DNA from: an uncultured Candidatus Binatia bacterium
Lineage (GTDB): Bacteria; Desulfobacterota; Binatia; UBA9968; JAJDTQ01
Direction: 5' to 3'
Length of the DNA stretch: 64,000 nucleotides
NCBI GenBank assembly: GCA_965242525.1
Contig: OZ251459.1
Coordinates: 4,064,001 to 4,128,000 of the forward strand
This document shows, in pieces, positions 55,796 to 64,000 of this stretch. Numbering within the stretch: the first letter of the stretch is position 1; every line of letters starts with the position of its first letter. The position numbers were made by a program, and so were the translations under genes. The notes beneath the pieces are model-generated. The model made no database searches. It saw only the letters and a list, made by a program, of their open reading frames with translations, and was not told the origin of the DNA.

Positions 55796-57306
55796 CGACC
55801 AGGAATACGAAACGCAGGATCGAGTTCGGCGATTTCCAGACGCCGGCCCACCTTGCCCACGCGGTCTGTCGAGTCGTTGCCCGCCGCGGCCTTTCCCCGG
55901 CAGCGGTGATCGAACCCACTTGCGGTCGAGGCAGTTTTCTGGCAGCGGCGATCAACGCCTTTCCGAAAGCGGCCATACGCGGCTACGAATGCGACTCCGC
56001 TCACGTCGAAGCTGCTCGGCAGCTTACTTCGGCGCATTGGCAGGCGGACGTAGCGCACGGCGACTTTTTCCAACGCAACTGGGATGCGGAACTGGCGGCA
56101 CAGCCGGAACCCGTGCTGATACTCGGCAATCCGCCCTGGGTGACCAATGCGGCGGTCGGCTCCCTGGGGGGCGCGAACCTGCCCGCCAAATCCAACCTGG
56201 ACGGTTTGCGCGGCATCGACGCGCTCACGGGAAGCGCCAACTTCGACATCTCCGAGTGGATGATCCGGGAGAACATGCGTTGGCTGCGGCGCCGGACCGG
56301 AGCCATTGCCGTGCTGTGCAAGACCAGCGTGGCGCGGAAGGTGCTCGTACACGCCTGGTCCTCGAACCTGCCCATTGCGGGCGCTGCCATCTACGGCATC
56401 GACGCGCAACGGGATTTCGGCGTATCCGCGGACGCCTGCTTGCTCTACGCGAGCTTCGCGGGCGGCGCCCGGTCTTGCCGATGCGATGTTTACGACTCGC
56501 TGGACGCCGCTGCGCCGGTTTCGGTATTGGGCATGAACGATGGCGTGTTGGCGTCCGATTCGACCGCTTACGAACGCCTTGCCAGTCTCCACTCGGCGGA
56601 TTCCAGCGGCTGGCGTTCGGGTCTCAAGCACGATTGCCGACCGGTGTTCGAGTTCTCCCTGACGGCCGGCGAACTGACGAACGGTCTCGGAGAGAAGCCC
56701 GGCATCGAGCCGGAGACCCTGTTCCCCCTCCTGAAGAGTTCGGATGTCGCCAAGCGCCGTGCGGCCCGGAGGTTCGTCCTGGTGCCGCACCGAACGATGG
56801 CGGAGTCGCCGCTTCGGCTGCGGCAGTCCGCTCCGAACGCTTGGCGCTACCTCGTCTCCCACCGTGAAGCCATCGAGCGGCGGGCCAGTTCGATCTATCG
56901 GAAGCGGCCGACGTTCTCGATCTTCGGCGTGGGTCCGTACTCGTTCGCGCCGTGGAAGGTGGCCATCGCCGGCCTCTACAAGGAATTCCGCTTCGCCAAG
57001 GTCGGCCCGATGGAAGGTCGGCCGGTACTGCTGGACGACACTTGCTATTTCTACCCCTGCGAGTCGGAAGCGGAGTGCGACTTGCTGCACCGCATGGTCT
57101 CGTCCCCGCCCGCCATCGAGTTCTGGTCCTCGATGGTCTTCTGGGACGCCAAGCGCCCGGTCACCGCCAAGCTCCTCAATCGGCTCGACCTGGGCCGCTT
57201 GGCGGAAATGCTCGGTTTCGAGGATGATCCGATAGCGGCACGATGGGTGGAACCACAGACTGCGGGGAAAGACTCGGGAAGTCTTCCGCTATGGCCTGCC
57301 GGGTAG
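55792..57306 (+). CDS. N6-adenine DNA methyltransferase (gamma-type motif order)
   Basis: EFGDFQTP, IEPTCGRGSF (motif I), ILGNPPW (motif IV); ATGA overlap with the nuclease gene. Confidence 0.88.
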   Translation: MTTRNTKRRIEFGDFQTPAHLAHAVCRVVARRGLSPAAVIEPTCGRGSFLAAAINAFPKAAIRGYECDSAHVEAARQLTSAHWQADVAHGDFFQRNWDAELAAQPEPVLILGNPPWVTNAAVGSLGGANLPAKSNLDGLRGIDALTGSANFDISEWMIRENMRWLRRRTGAIAVLCKTSVARKVLVHAWSSNLPIAGAAIYGIDAQRDFGVSADACLLYASFAGGARSCRCDVYDSLDAAAPVSVLGMNDGVLASDSTAYERLASLHSADSSGWRSGLKHDCRPVFEFSLTAGELTNGLGEKPGIEPETLFPLLKSSDVAKRRAARRFVLVPHRTMAESPLRLRQSAPNAWRYLVSHREAIERRASSIYRKRPTFSIFGVGPYSFAPWKVAIAGLYKEFRFAKVGPMEGRPVLLDDTCYFYPCESEAECDLLHRMVSSPPAIEFWSSMVFWDAKRPVTAKLLNRLDLGRLAEMLGFEDDPIAARWVEPQTAGKDSGSLPLWPAG

Positions 57307-57382
57307 CGGTTCCCGCGCGCCACGCCGCCGAAAGGTCATTGCCCGCCTGGCCTTCCCCTCAACCCCGCCGTAACCCCCTGTG

Positions 57383-57449
57383 TCCCTCCCCGCAAGAGGG
57401 AGGGAACGCCAGGCCGTGAGACCCTGCCCACACAAAAGCCGGAAGATTC
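57383..57449. repeat. Hairpin plus an isolated MITE terminal repeat
   Basis: TCCCTCCC-CGCAAGA-GGGAGGGA hairpin, then CCACACAAAAGCCGGAAGA (57428-57446) just before the nicotinamidase stop. Confidence 0.55.
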
Positions 57450-58553
57450 TCATTTTTCAGACCATCCCGGCCAGCTTTCCATGGGGTCGGTGGACCGGAC
57501 CAGGTTCATGCCGGCGGACGCGGCTTCGTCGAGGGTCTGCTGTGCGGCTTCGGTGAAATCGGCTGCGATGCCGCCGTTCTCGTCCCGGACCACCACCGAG
57601 GACATGCAGTCGGTCAGGACATAGACCTTGTGCGCCAGCGAGGGGTCCTCGCGCCGTATCTCTTCGAGCAGATCCTGCACGGTGCTCCGGACGCAGTGGC
57701 TGGCGGCCTGTCCGGCGACCACCAGCGCGTCCGCTTCCATCAGGGTCCGGTAGAACCCGACGTTCCTTTCCGCCAGCACGCCGCCGTCCCAGGCGGCCAG
57801 GACCTCGGGACGCAGCACCGAGTAGTTCTCGGTCAGGTCGTGGGCGCCCTTGATCTCGGTCCAGGACTGGGTGACCCGGGCCAGCGAGTGCAGGGTCCGG
57901 GCCTCGTCGATGACGCCCGCCACCGTGTGGCCCGGGCTGCCCATGAGGCAGTGCGGAGGCCAGAGGTAGAGGGTGTAGCGCCCGCCGTCCGCCAGTTCCC
58001 GGTTGTAGAAGCGGCACTGCTCCGCCAGCCAGTCGTAGCCCTTGCGGGTGAGCCAGGACGTCATGGCGGGGTTGGGCGCCACGTCCTCCGCGACGACGTT
58101 CCCCAGCGGGTCGACGTTGACCAGAAGTCGGGCGTCGCGGCCGTCGGCCCTGATGAGGGTGTGGGGCGCCAGGGGCTCGCCGCGGGAATCCACCCAGAAC
58201 CAGGGAAAGAAGATCTGGAAGTTGGAATGGCTGTCCAGGGTGCAGCGGATGTGGGTGATGCGCGCGAGGTTGCGGTAGATGAACTCCGCGATGCGCCGGT
58301 TGTCGTCCAACGCGCCCCGGCCGCTGCGGCCGCCCACGTACAGCGTTCCTTCCGGGTGGCAGAAGTCGCGCTGCACGTCGATGAGCAGCAGATCGACCCT
58401 CCTGGCGTCCGCCGCGGCCGGTGCGATTCCGAACTCTCGCCGGAACCGCTTGGCCTCCTCGAACACCGCCATTCGGTCCGGCGTGTAGGAGAAGTCGCCG
58501 GCATGGCCCGCCCGGTAGAACGCGGGCGTCTCGCTGATCTCGGTGGGTTCCAT
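57450..58553 (-). CDS. Nicotinamidase/isochorismatase-like cysteine hydrolase (long form)
   Basis: LLLIDVQRDFC, TLDSH, WPPHC, IKG...ENYS, AGQAASHCV, LTDCMS. Confidence 0.85.
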   Translation of the reverse strand: MEPTEISETPAFYRAGHAGDFSYTPDRMAVFEEAKRFRREFGIAPAAADARRVDLLLIDVQRDFCHPEGTLYVGGRSGRGALDDNRRIAEFIYRNLARITHIRCTLDSHSNFQIFFPWFWVDSRGEPLAPHTLIRADGRDARLLVNVDPLGNVVAEDVAPNPAMTSWLTRKGYDWLAEQCRFYNRELADGGRYTLYLWPPHCLMGSPGHTVAGVIDEARTLHSLARVTQSWTEIKGAHDLTENYSVLRPEVLAAWDGGVLAERNVGFYRTLMEADALVVAGQAASHCVRSTVQDLLEEIRREDPSLAHKVYVLTDCMSSVVVRDENGGIAADFTEAAQQTLDEAASAGMNLVRSTDPMESWPGWSEK

Positions 58554-58592
58554 GGTTCCGATTGTACCAGGGGGAAGGGCGCAGACAATAGC

Positions 58593-58990
58593 GGTTCTTC
58601 CGGCTTTCGTGTGGTTTTGTGTGGGTAAGGTAGAGGGAAAGGGATCCCTTGGTCATTGCTCCGCAGACGCCCACCTCCGTCATTCCCGCGAAAGCGGGAA
58701 TCCATCCAGTTTCATCGCTCTCGTTGTACAAACCCTTCCAGATCAGATTACCTTCCTACAGTGATGCAGGGCGCCTTGGGATTGGGTCGAAAGGATGGAA
58801 ACACGGGGAGTTTTCATAAGAATGGATGGATTCCCGCTTTCGCGGGAATGACGGGGGATGGGCGTCTGCGGGAATGACGGAGTGGGGCGTCCGCAACGCC
58901 GAACCGAGGACGGTATGGTCGGAATGGGAGGGAATCAGACTTCATCGCGGGGAAGGGAAGTGTCACAGGCCACGCGAATCCGGAAGTGCC
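58593..58990. mobile_element. MITE, complete copy with an 8-bp target-site duplication
   Basis: Ends GGTTCTTCCGGCTTTCGTGTGG and CCACGCGAATCCGGAAGTGCC; flanked on both sides by ACAATAGC (58585-58592 and 58991-58998); inverted homologue of 13512..13823. Confidence 0.88.
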
Positions 58991-59040
58991 ACAATAGCCT
59001 CGGCGGTTGCCGCGGACGGGCATGTGGCGTAAAGGAAGGC

Positions 59041-59898
59041 ATGGCGACAGGATGGATCGAGGTCCTCGTACAGGCGGAAGGTCCGGTGCAGGACCCCATA
59101 TCGAACTTCCTGGCGGAGCAGGGGTCCACCGGCATGGTCTGCGGCGAGCGGTCTTTGCGCGCGTTCTTTCCGGCCGCGGAGGACGGCGCGGGTCTCAGGG
59201 AGAGGGTCCGGTCGTACCTGCGCGGGCTCCGCGGGGTCTTTCCCGACCATCCCCCGGTGCGCACGCGCTGGCGGGCGGTGGCCCGGGAAAACTGGCACGA
59301 CGCGTGGCGCGCGCGTTTCAAGCCGCAGAAGATCGGACGGCGGTTGCTGGTGACGCCGCCGTGGATCCGCCCCGCGGAGACCCGCCGCCGCGTGGTCTTC
59401 ATCGAACCGGCCATGGCCTTCGGCACCGGGACCCACGAGACCACGCGCTGTTGCCTGGAGTTCATCGACGAGCTTTGCGCCGGCGGTGCGCCGGCCAAGG
59501 CCCTCGACGTGGGCACGGGTTCGGGCATCCTCGCCATCGCCCTGGCCGGGCTCGGGGTGCGCGAGGTGCTGGGGCTGGACAACGACCCGGTGGCGCTGGA
59601 GGCGGCCCGGGCGAACCTCGCGCTGAATGGGGTGGCCGGCGCGGTGACCCTGAGCGGCGCGCGCGTCGCCCAGGTGCGGCGCCGGTTCCCGCTGGTGGCG
59701 GCGAACATCCTGCTGGAGACCCTGGTGGGCATGGCCGCGTCCCTGACCCGGTGCGTGGCCGTTCGCGGGCGCCTGATCCTTTCCGGGCTGCTGCACCGCC
59801 ACGTGCCCGAGGCGTTGCGCCGCTTCCCCGGCCTGCGGCTGGAGCGGCGCAAGGACCGGGGGGAGTGGAGCACGTTGCTGCTGCGGAAGGAGCCATGA
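59041..59898 (+). CDS. prmA: 50S ribosomal protein L11 methyltransferase
   Basis: IEPAMAFGTGTHETT, LDVGTGSGILAI, ANIL, LILSG. Confidence 0.95.
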   Translation: MATGWIEVLVQAEGPVQDPISNFLAEQGSTGMVCGERSLRAFFPAAEDGAGLRERVRSYLRGLRGVFPDHPPVRTRWRAVARENWHDAWRARFKPQKIGRRLLVTPPWIRPAETRRRVVFIEPAMAFGTGTHETTRCCLEFIDELCAGGAPAKALDVGTGSGILAIALAGLGVREVLGLDNDPVALEAARANLALNGVAGAVTLSGARVAQVRRRFPLVAANILLETLVGMAASLTRCVAVRGRLILSGLLHRHVPEALRRFPGLRLERRKDRGEWSTLLLRKEP

Positions 59899-60641
59899 GC
59901 CTGCCGCGTTTCTTCGTGCCCCCGGACGCGGTGCGCGACGGCGCCGCCGCGGTGGGGGGCCAGGAGCTCGCGCACATGCGCAAGGTCCTGCGCCTGCGGC
60001 CCGGCGCCCGGGTGTTGCTGTGGGACGGGGCCGGGACCGAGCACGAGGCGCGGGTGGACGCCTACGGCGATGGAGTCGCGGCCATGACCGTGGTACGGTC
60101 GTACCGCCCGGAGCGGGAGTCGCCCCTGGCCGTGACCCTGGCCCAGGCGGTGGGCAAGGGCGACAAGATGGACTGGATCGTGGAGAAGTCCACGGAGTTG
60201 GGCGTGGCCTGCGTGGCCCCCTTCGTTTCGTCGCATACGGTGCCCCGGTTCGCCGGCGACAAGGGCGAGCGCCGCCGCGGCCGCTGGGAGAAGATCGCCG
60301 CGGCCGCGGCCCGGCAATCCGGCCGCACCCGGGTCCCCGCGGTCCTCGACGTGGGCCGGTTCGACGAGGTGCTGGCGCGAGACTGGCAGTGCGAGGCCAG
60401 GATGCTGTTCCTGGAAGGCCCAGGGGGCCGGCCGCTGGCGTCCGTCCGGGAGGATCTCGGGAGCCTGCGCTCCGTCCTCGTCATGGTGGGCCCGGAAGGA
60501 GGGTTCACTCTCGCGGAAGCCGAGGACGCCGCGGACCGCGGGTTCCGGCCGGTGCGGTTGGGCCGCCGCATCCTGCGCACGGAAACGGCTGCGTTGGCCG
60601 CGGTCTGTGCCGTCCAGTTGTTGTGGGGAGACCTGGGATGA
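59895..60641 (+). CDS. rsmE: 16S rRNA m3U1498 methyltransferase
   Basis: HMRKVLRL, KGDKMDWIVEKSTELG, VGPEGGF, LGRRILRTETA. Confidence 0.95.
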   Translation: MSLPRFFVPPDAVRDGAAAVGGQELAHMRKVLRLRPGARVLLWDGAGTEHEARVDAYGDGVAAMTVVRSYRPERESPLAVTLAQAVGKGDKMDWIVEKSTELGVACVAPFVSSHTVPRFAGDKGERRRGRWEKIAAAAARQSGRTRVPAVLDVGRFDEVLARDWQCEARMLFLEGPGGRPLASVREDLGSLRSVLVMVGPEGGFTLAEAEDAADRGFRPVRLGRRILRTETAALAAVCAVQLLWGDLG

Positions 60642-60682
60642 GCCGAGACAGTCGCACGACCGGAAACCCCGGACGACCGTCT

Positions 60683-60723
60683 CCGTTCGTCCTGAGCGTA
60701 GCGTAGCGAAGTCGAAGGACGTG
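60683..60723 (+). repeat. REP-like palindrome, copy 7
   Basis: 41-bp unit with two substitutions. Confidence 0.88.
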
Positions 60724-60774
60724 TCTTCCCAAGGGAGATGCGGCATCGTTCAGCCATTCCGACAGGAGGTTCGC

Positions 60775-60969
60775 ATGGACAAACATACGGAAGAGACCCT
60801 GGGCCGGTTGCTGCGCCGGGCCGGCATGGAGATGGCCGAAAGCGACCGGGAGCGATTCCTCCCGATGCTGGACGCCTACATGGAAAGCCTGGAGCGGCTC
60901 CACTCCATCAACCTGGCGGGCGAGGAAGTGGGCGGGGTGTTTCGGCCGGAACCCGGCGAGGACCGGTAG
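60775..60969 (+). CDS. Small GatC/AtzG-like amidase accessory protein (64 aa)
   Basis: AGGAGG RBS; helical acidic peptide ending EVGGVFRP directly upstream of the amidase. Confidence 0.6.
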   Translation: MDKHTEETLGRLLRRAGMEMAESDRERFLPMLDAYMESLERLHSINLAGEEVGGVFRPEPGEDR

Positions 60970-60983
60970 CCCGAGGAGCGGAC

Positions 60984-62357
60984 ATGTCGGAACTGTGTTT
61001 CTCCAGTATTGACAGCATGGCTCCGCGCCTGCGGAAGCGCGAGGTCTCCCCCGTCGAGTTGACCCGGGCCTACCTGGACCGGGTCCATGCCCTCGACCCC
61101 GAACTGCACGCCTACGTCAACCTCATGGAGGAGAGCGCGCTGGCGGAGGCCCGGGCCGCGGAGCAGGAAATCGGGCAGGGCCGGTACCGGGGACCGCTCC
61201 ACGGGGTTCCGGTGGCGGTGAAGGACCAGTACGACGTCGCGGGCGCGCCGGCCGCGGTGCGCATCCCGCAGCCCGCTGGTCCCGGCGAGGACTCCACCGC
61301 GGTGCGCCGCCTGCGCGAGGCCGGGGCGGTGCTGCTGGGCAAGCTCAACATGAGCGGCCTTCCCGGCGGCGTCCCGGCCGCCCGCAACCCCTGGAACCTC
61401 GACCACGTGCCGGGAGGCTCCAGCACGGGTTCGGGCGCGGGGATCGCCGCGGGACTGTGCATGGGCTCGTTGGGGGAGGACACCGCGGGGTCGATCCGGA
61501 ACCCCGCCTCCTACTCCGGCATATCCGGTCTGAAGCCCACCTACGGACGGGTCAGCCGGTTCGGCCTGGCGCCGCTGGGCTGGTCGCTGGACACCGTGGG
61601 ACCCATGACCCGGGTGGTGGAGGACCTCGCGCACATGCTCCAGGTCCTCGCCGGGTTCGACCCCAGGGACCCCACTTGCAGTCCGGCGGCGGTGTCCGAC
61701 TACGGCGCGGACCTGCGGGCCGGGGTCTCGGGCCTGGCGGTGGGGGTCCCGCGGGAGTACATGAAGCTCGTCGAGACCGACCCCGAAGTGCTGGGCTGCC
61801 TGGAGCGGGCGCTGGCCGCGCTGGAGTCCCTGGGGGCCAAGGTCCGGGACGTGGCGGTTCCGAGCATGGAGTTCGCCACCATCGCCAACGGCCTCATCTA
61901 CTCCTGCGAGTTCTACAACATCTGCCGGGCCGACATGGACGAGGCGTTGCAGGGCGAGGCTTCCGAATCCCGCCGGGCGCGCATGTTCCTGGGCGCGGTT
62001 TCCACCTGCGGCGACTATATCCAGGCCCAGCGCATGCGCAGCCGCCTGAGGCGGGAGTTGGCCGAGGTCTTCCGGGAGGTCCACGTGATGGCCCTGCCCA
62101 CCAACCCCACGCCCGCGCCAAGGGCCGGGGAGCTCGACGGCCTGGACGCGGTGTACAAGATGCTGCGCCCGGACTTCGTGTCGCCGGCCAACCTCGCGGG
62201 CATCCCCGCCCTGGCCATCCCGTGCGGCTTCGACTCCAGGGGGCTGCCCGTGGGCATGCAACTCTGGGGCAAGGCGTTCGGGGAATCCACGGTGCTGCGC
62301 GCGGGTTACGCCTACCAGCAGCACGCGGGCTGGCGCGAGCGCCGTCCGCCGGAGTAG
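60984..62357 (+). CDS. Amidase-signature family enzyme
   Basis: GPLHGVPVAVKD, PGGSSTGSG, GEDTAGSIRNPAS, GLKPTYGRVS. Confidence 0.93.
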   Translation: MSELCFSSIDSMAPRLRKREVSPVELTRAYLDRVHALDPELHAYVNLMEESALAEARAAEQEIGQGRYRGPLHGVPVAVKDQYDVAGAPAAVRIPQPAGPGEDSTAVRRLREAGAVLLGKLNMSGLPGGVPAARNPWNLDHVPGGSSTGSGAGIAAGLCMGSLGEDTAGSIRNPASYSGISGLKPTYGRVSRFGLAPLGWSLDTVGPMTRVVEDLAHMLQVLAGFDPRDPTCSPAAVSDYGADLRAGVSGLAVGVPREYMKLVETDPEVLGCLERALAALESLGAKVRDVAVPSMEFATIANGLIYSCEFYNICRADMDEALQGEASESRRARMFLGAVSTCGDYIQAQRMRSRLRRELAEVFREVHVMALPTNPTPAPRAGELDGLDAVYKMLRPDFVSPANLAGIPALAIPCGFDSRGLPVGMQLWGKAFGESTVLRAGYAYQQHAGWRERRPPE

Positions 62358-62532
62358 GGGGGACGGGACGGAGCGGGCCGCACGGTACTTCCGGCCGGAG
62401 GCCATCGTGTCGGACCGGAACCACACGGCCCGGCCGTCATCGACGAGGTCCCGGGGCCAAACGCAGGGAGACTCTACGGCCTGTAACGGAGCATCGGCCC
62501 ATGGAGCCGCAAGTCGGCGAAAGGAGACCCTC

Positions 62533-63621
62533 ATGGACGGCGTCATCGACGCGGATACCCACGTGGTCGAATCGGAAGCGGTGTGGGAGTTCATGGACGA
62601 GGACATGTACGACCGCAGGCCGATCCTGCTCCGGGCGCCCAGCGACACCCTGTACCAGGGGTCCAACGCGTTCTGGCTCATCGACGGACAGATCTTCCCC
62701 AAGTCCGCGGGCAAGGGCAGCGCCCGGCTCAGCTCCCCCGCGGAGCAGGACCGGCAGTGGAACCGGCGCGACATCGACCTCGGTGTCCGGCAGTTGACCG
62801 ACCCCGCGGCCCGGGTGAAGGAGTTGGACAAGCGCGGCGTGGAGGCGGAGGTGATCTACTCGACCCTCTGGGGCGTCTATCTCACCGACGACGTGGACCT
62901 CGACGTGGCGCTCTGCCGCGCCTACAACCGCTGGATGGGAGAGGTCTGGTCCCAGGGAGGGAACCGGCTGCGGTGGACCGCGGTCTTCCCGCTGACCTCC
63001 ATCGAGGAGTCCGTCAAGCAGTTGCACTACGCCAAGGAGCACGGCGCGGTGGGCGTTTACATGCGCGGCATCGAGGGGGACCGTTCGCTGGCCGAGCCCT
63101 ATTTCTTTCCGCTCTACGAGGAAGCGAGCCACCTCGACTTCCCCATCTGCATCCACATCGGCGCGGGCTCGCCGGCCATATCGAGCGTGTTCGACGTCCG
63201 GGTGAGCCACACGCTGCCGCACCTGCGCATGCTGCCGTTGATCGCCTTCCGGGACCTGGTGGCCAACCGCATCCCCGAGTCGTTCCCGAACCTGCGGTTC
63301 GGTTTCGTGGAGGCCAGCGCTTCCTGGGTCCCGTACCTGCTGCACCAGCTCCGACGCACCACCCGACCGGGAGACTTCCCCCTGGGGCCGGAACTGTTCG
63401 AGGAATGCCGGCTCTGGGTCGTGTGCGAGGTGGACGAAGACCTGCCCATGCTGCTCGACTACATCCACGAAGACCACATCATGATCGGCTCCGATTACGG
63501 CCACCTCGACCAGTCCTTCGAGGACAACGTGGCCAGCAAGCTGCGGGCGCGCGACGACATCCCGCCGCGCGTGGCGGAGAAGATCCTCGGCGACAACGCC
63601 CGGACCTTCTACGGACTGTAG
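62533..63621 (+). CDS. Amidohydrolase_2 family protein
   Basis: IDADTHVVE, CRAYNRW, ICIHIG, FVEASASW, GSDYGH, ILGDNA. Confidence 0.9.
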   Translation: MDGVIDADTHVVESEAVWEFMDEDMYDRRPILLRAPSDTLYQGSNAFWLIDGQIFPKSAGKGSARLSSPAEQDRQWNRRDIDLGVRQLTDPAARVKELDKRGVEAEVIYSTLWGVYLTDDVDLDVALCRAYNRWMGEVWSQGGNRLRWTAVFPLTSIEESVKQLHYAKEHGAVGVYMRGIEGDRSLAEPYFFPLYEEASHLDFPICIHIGAGSPAISSVFDVRVSHTLPHLRMLPLIAFRDLVANRIPESFPNLRFGFVEASASWVPYLLHQLRRTTRPGDFPLGPELFEECRLWVVCEVDEDLPMLLDYIHEDHIMIGSDYGHLDQSFEDNVASKLRARDDIPPRVAEKILGDNARTFYGL

Positions 63622-63699
63622 CCCGCGAAGGGGCAACGGCCGAAGCGCGGAACGGCCGAAGCGCGGGGACCCTCCCGGAACCCGAACGGGCAAGGAGCG

Positions 63700-64000
63700 C
63701 TATGGCTGCCCGGCCGTCGGGCCGGGGTCGGCGGCCGGTTCGCTGGCCGCGGCGAGGATGTCGTGGACGTCGCTCGGATTCCGGGATACGGCCCAGCGCC
63801 AGCGGCCGAAGCCGCGGTGGGCGTTGACCGCGGCGACCCATTCGTCGAGGAAGCGGCGCTTGGTGTGGTCCCGGTCGCGCTCCCTTCCCTTGACCTCCAG
63901 CACCAGCATGTGGCCGGACGCGAGCCGGACGAGGAAGTCCGGGCGGTATTTGTGGACCACCCCGGTGTGGACGTAGAAGACCTCGAAGCCCAGGTGGTCG
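63700..64000 (-). CDS. Type III restriction endonuclease (Res), C-terminal nuclease end; enters from the right edge
   Basis: DHLGFEVFY...HKYRPDFLVRL...LVLEVKG...WVAAVNAHRGFGRW (PD-ExK motif). Confidence 0.82.
   Translation of the reverse strand, partial: DHLGFEVFYVHTGVVHKYRPDFLVRLASGHMLVLEVKGRERDRDHTKRRFLDEWVAAVNAHRGFGRWRWAVSRNPSDVHDILAAASEPAADPGPTAGQP

Noticed and set aside
58656-59032. Short ORFs containing MDSRFRGND / VIPAKAGI / SFPRKRES (also VLRLRFATLRTN elsewhere)
   Set aside because: Translations of the palindromic repeats, not genes.
60775-62357. gatC-gatA of the tRNA-dependent amidotransferase
   Set aside because: No gatB follows and the amidase lacks GatA-specific motifs such as DEFAMGS.
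63635-63666. 16-bp tandem duplication AACGGCCGAAGCGCGG x2 (a similar one lies at 42926)
   Set aside because: Two units only, between convergent genes; most simply replication slippage with no evidence of function.

Overview
GC-rich bacterial chromosomal segment; the gene content (tripartite tricarboxylate and TRAP transporters, amidohydrolases, many palindromic repeats) resembles uncultured Deltaproteobacteria/Binatia-like genomes, but this is only an impression. Bases 1-20.2 kb are a minus-strand BREX type-1-like defence operon: brxA-brxB-brxC-AAA ATPase-hicB/(hicA)-pglX1-orf-pglX2-PHP/ABC-ATPase-AlbA_2/HATPase-orf-HATPase-pglZ, running off the left edge. It is unusual in carrying two full-length pglX genes with ~630 bp near-identical 5' ends but different specificity regions, plus nested cargo. 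At 28.0-29.3 kb a Sel1/FGE-sulfatase (CLec-fold) gene ends in what looks like a DGR variable region and is followed by collapsed fragments of avd and a YVDD reverse transcriptase. The rest is mostly transport and metabolism, with tRNA-Phe, prmA-rsmE, a type II R-M pair, the end of a type III restriction gene, several hicAB/HigA-type modules whose toxins are often destroyed, a 2-TM + Cas2/VapD-like gene pair, a MITE family with terminal inverted repeats and an 8-bp target duplication, and seven copies of a ~41-bp REP-like palindrome. All family assignments are from motif recognition by eye, not database searches.
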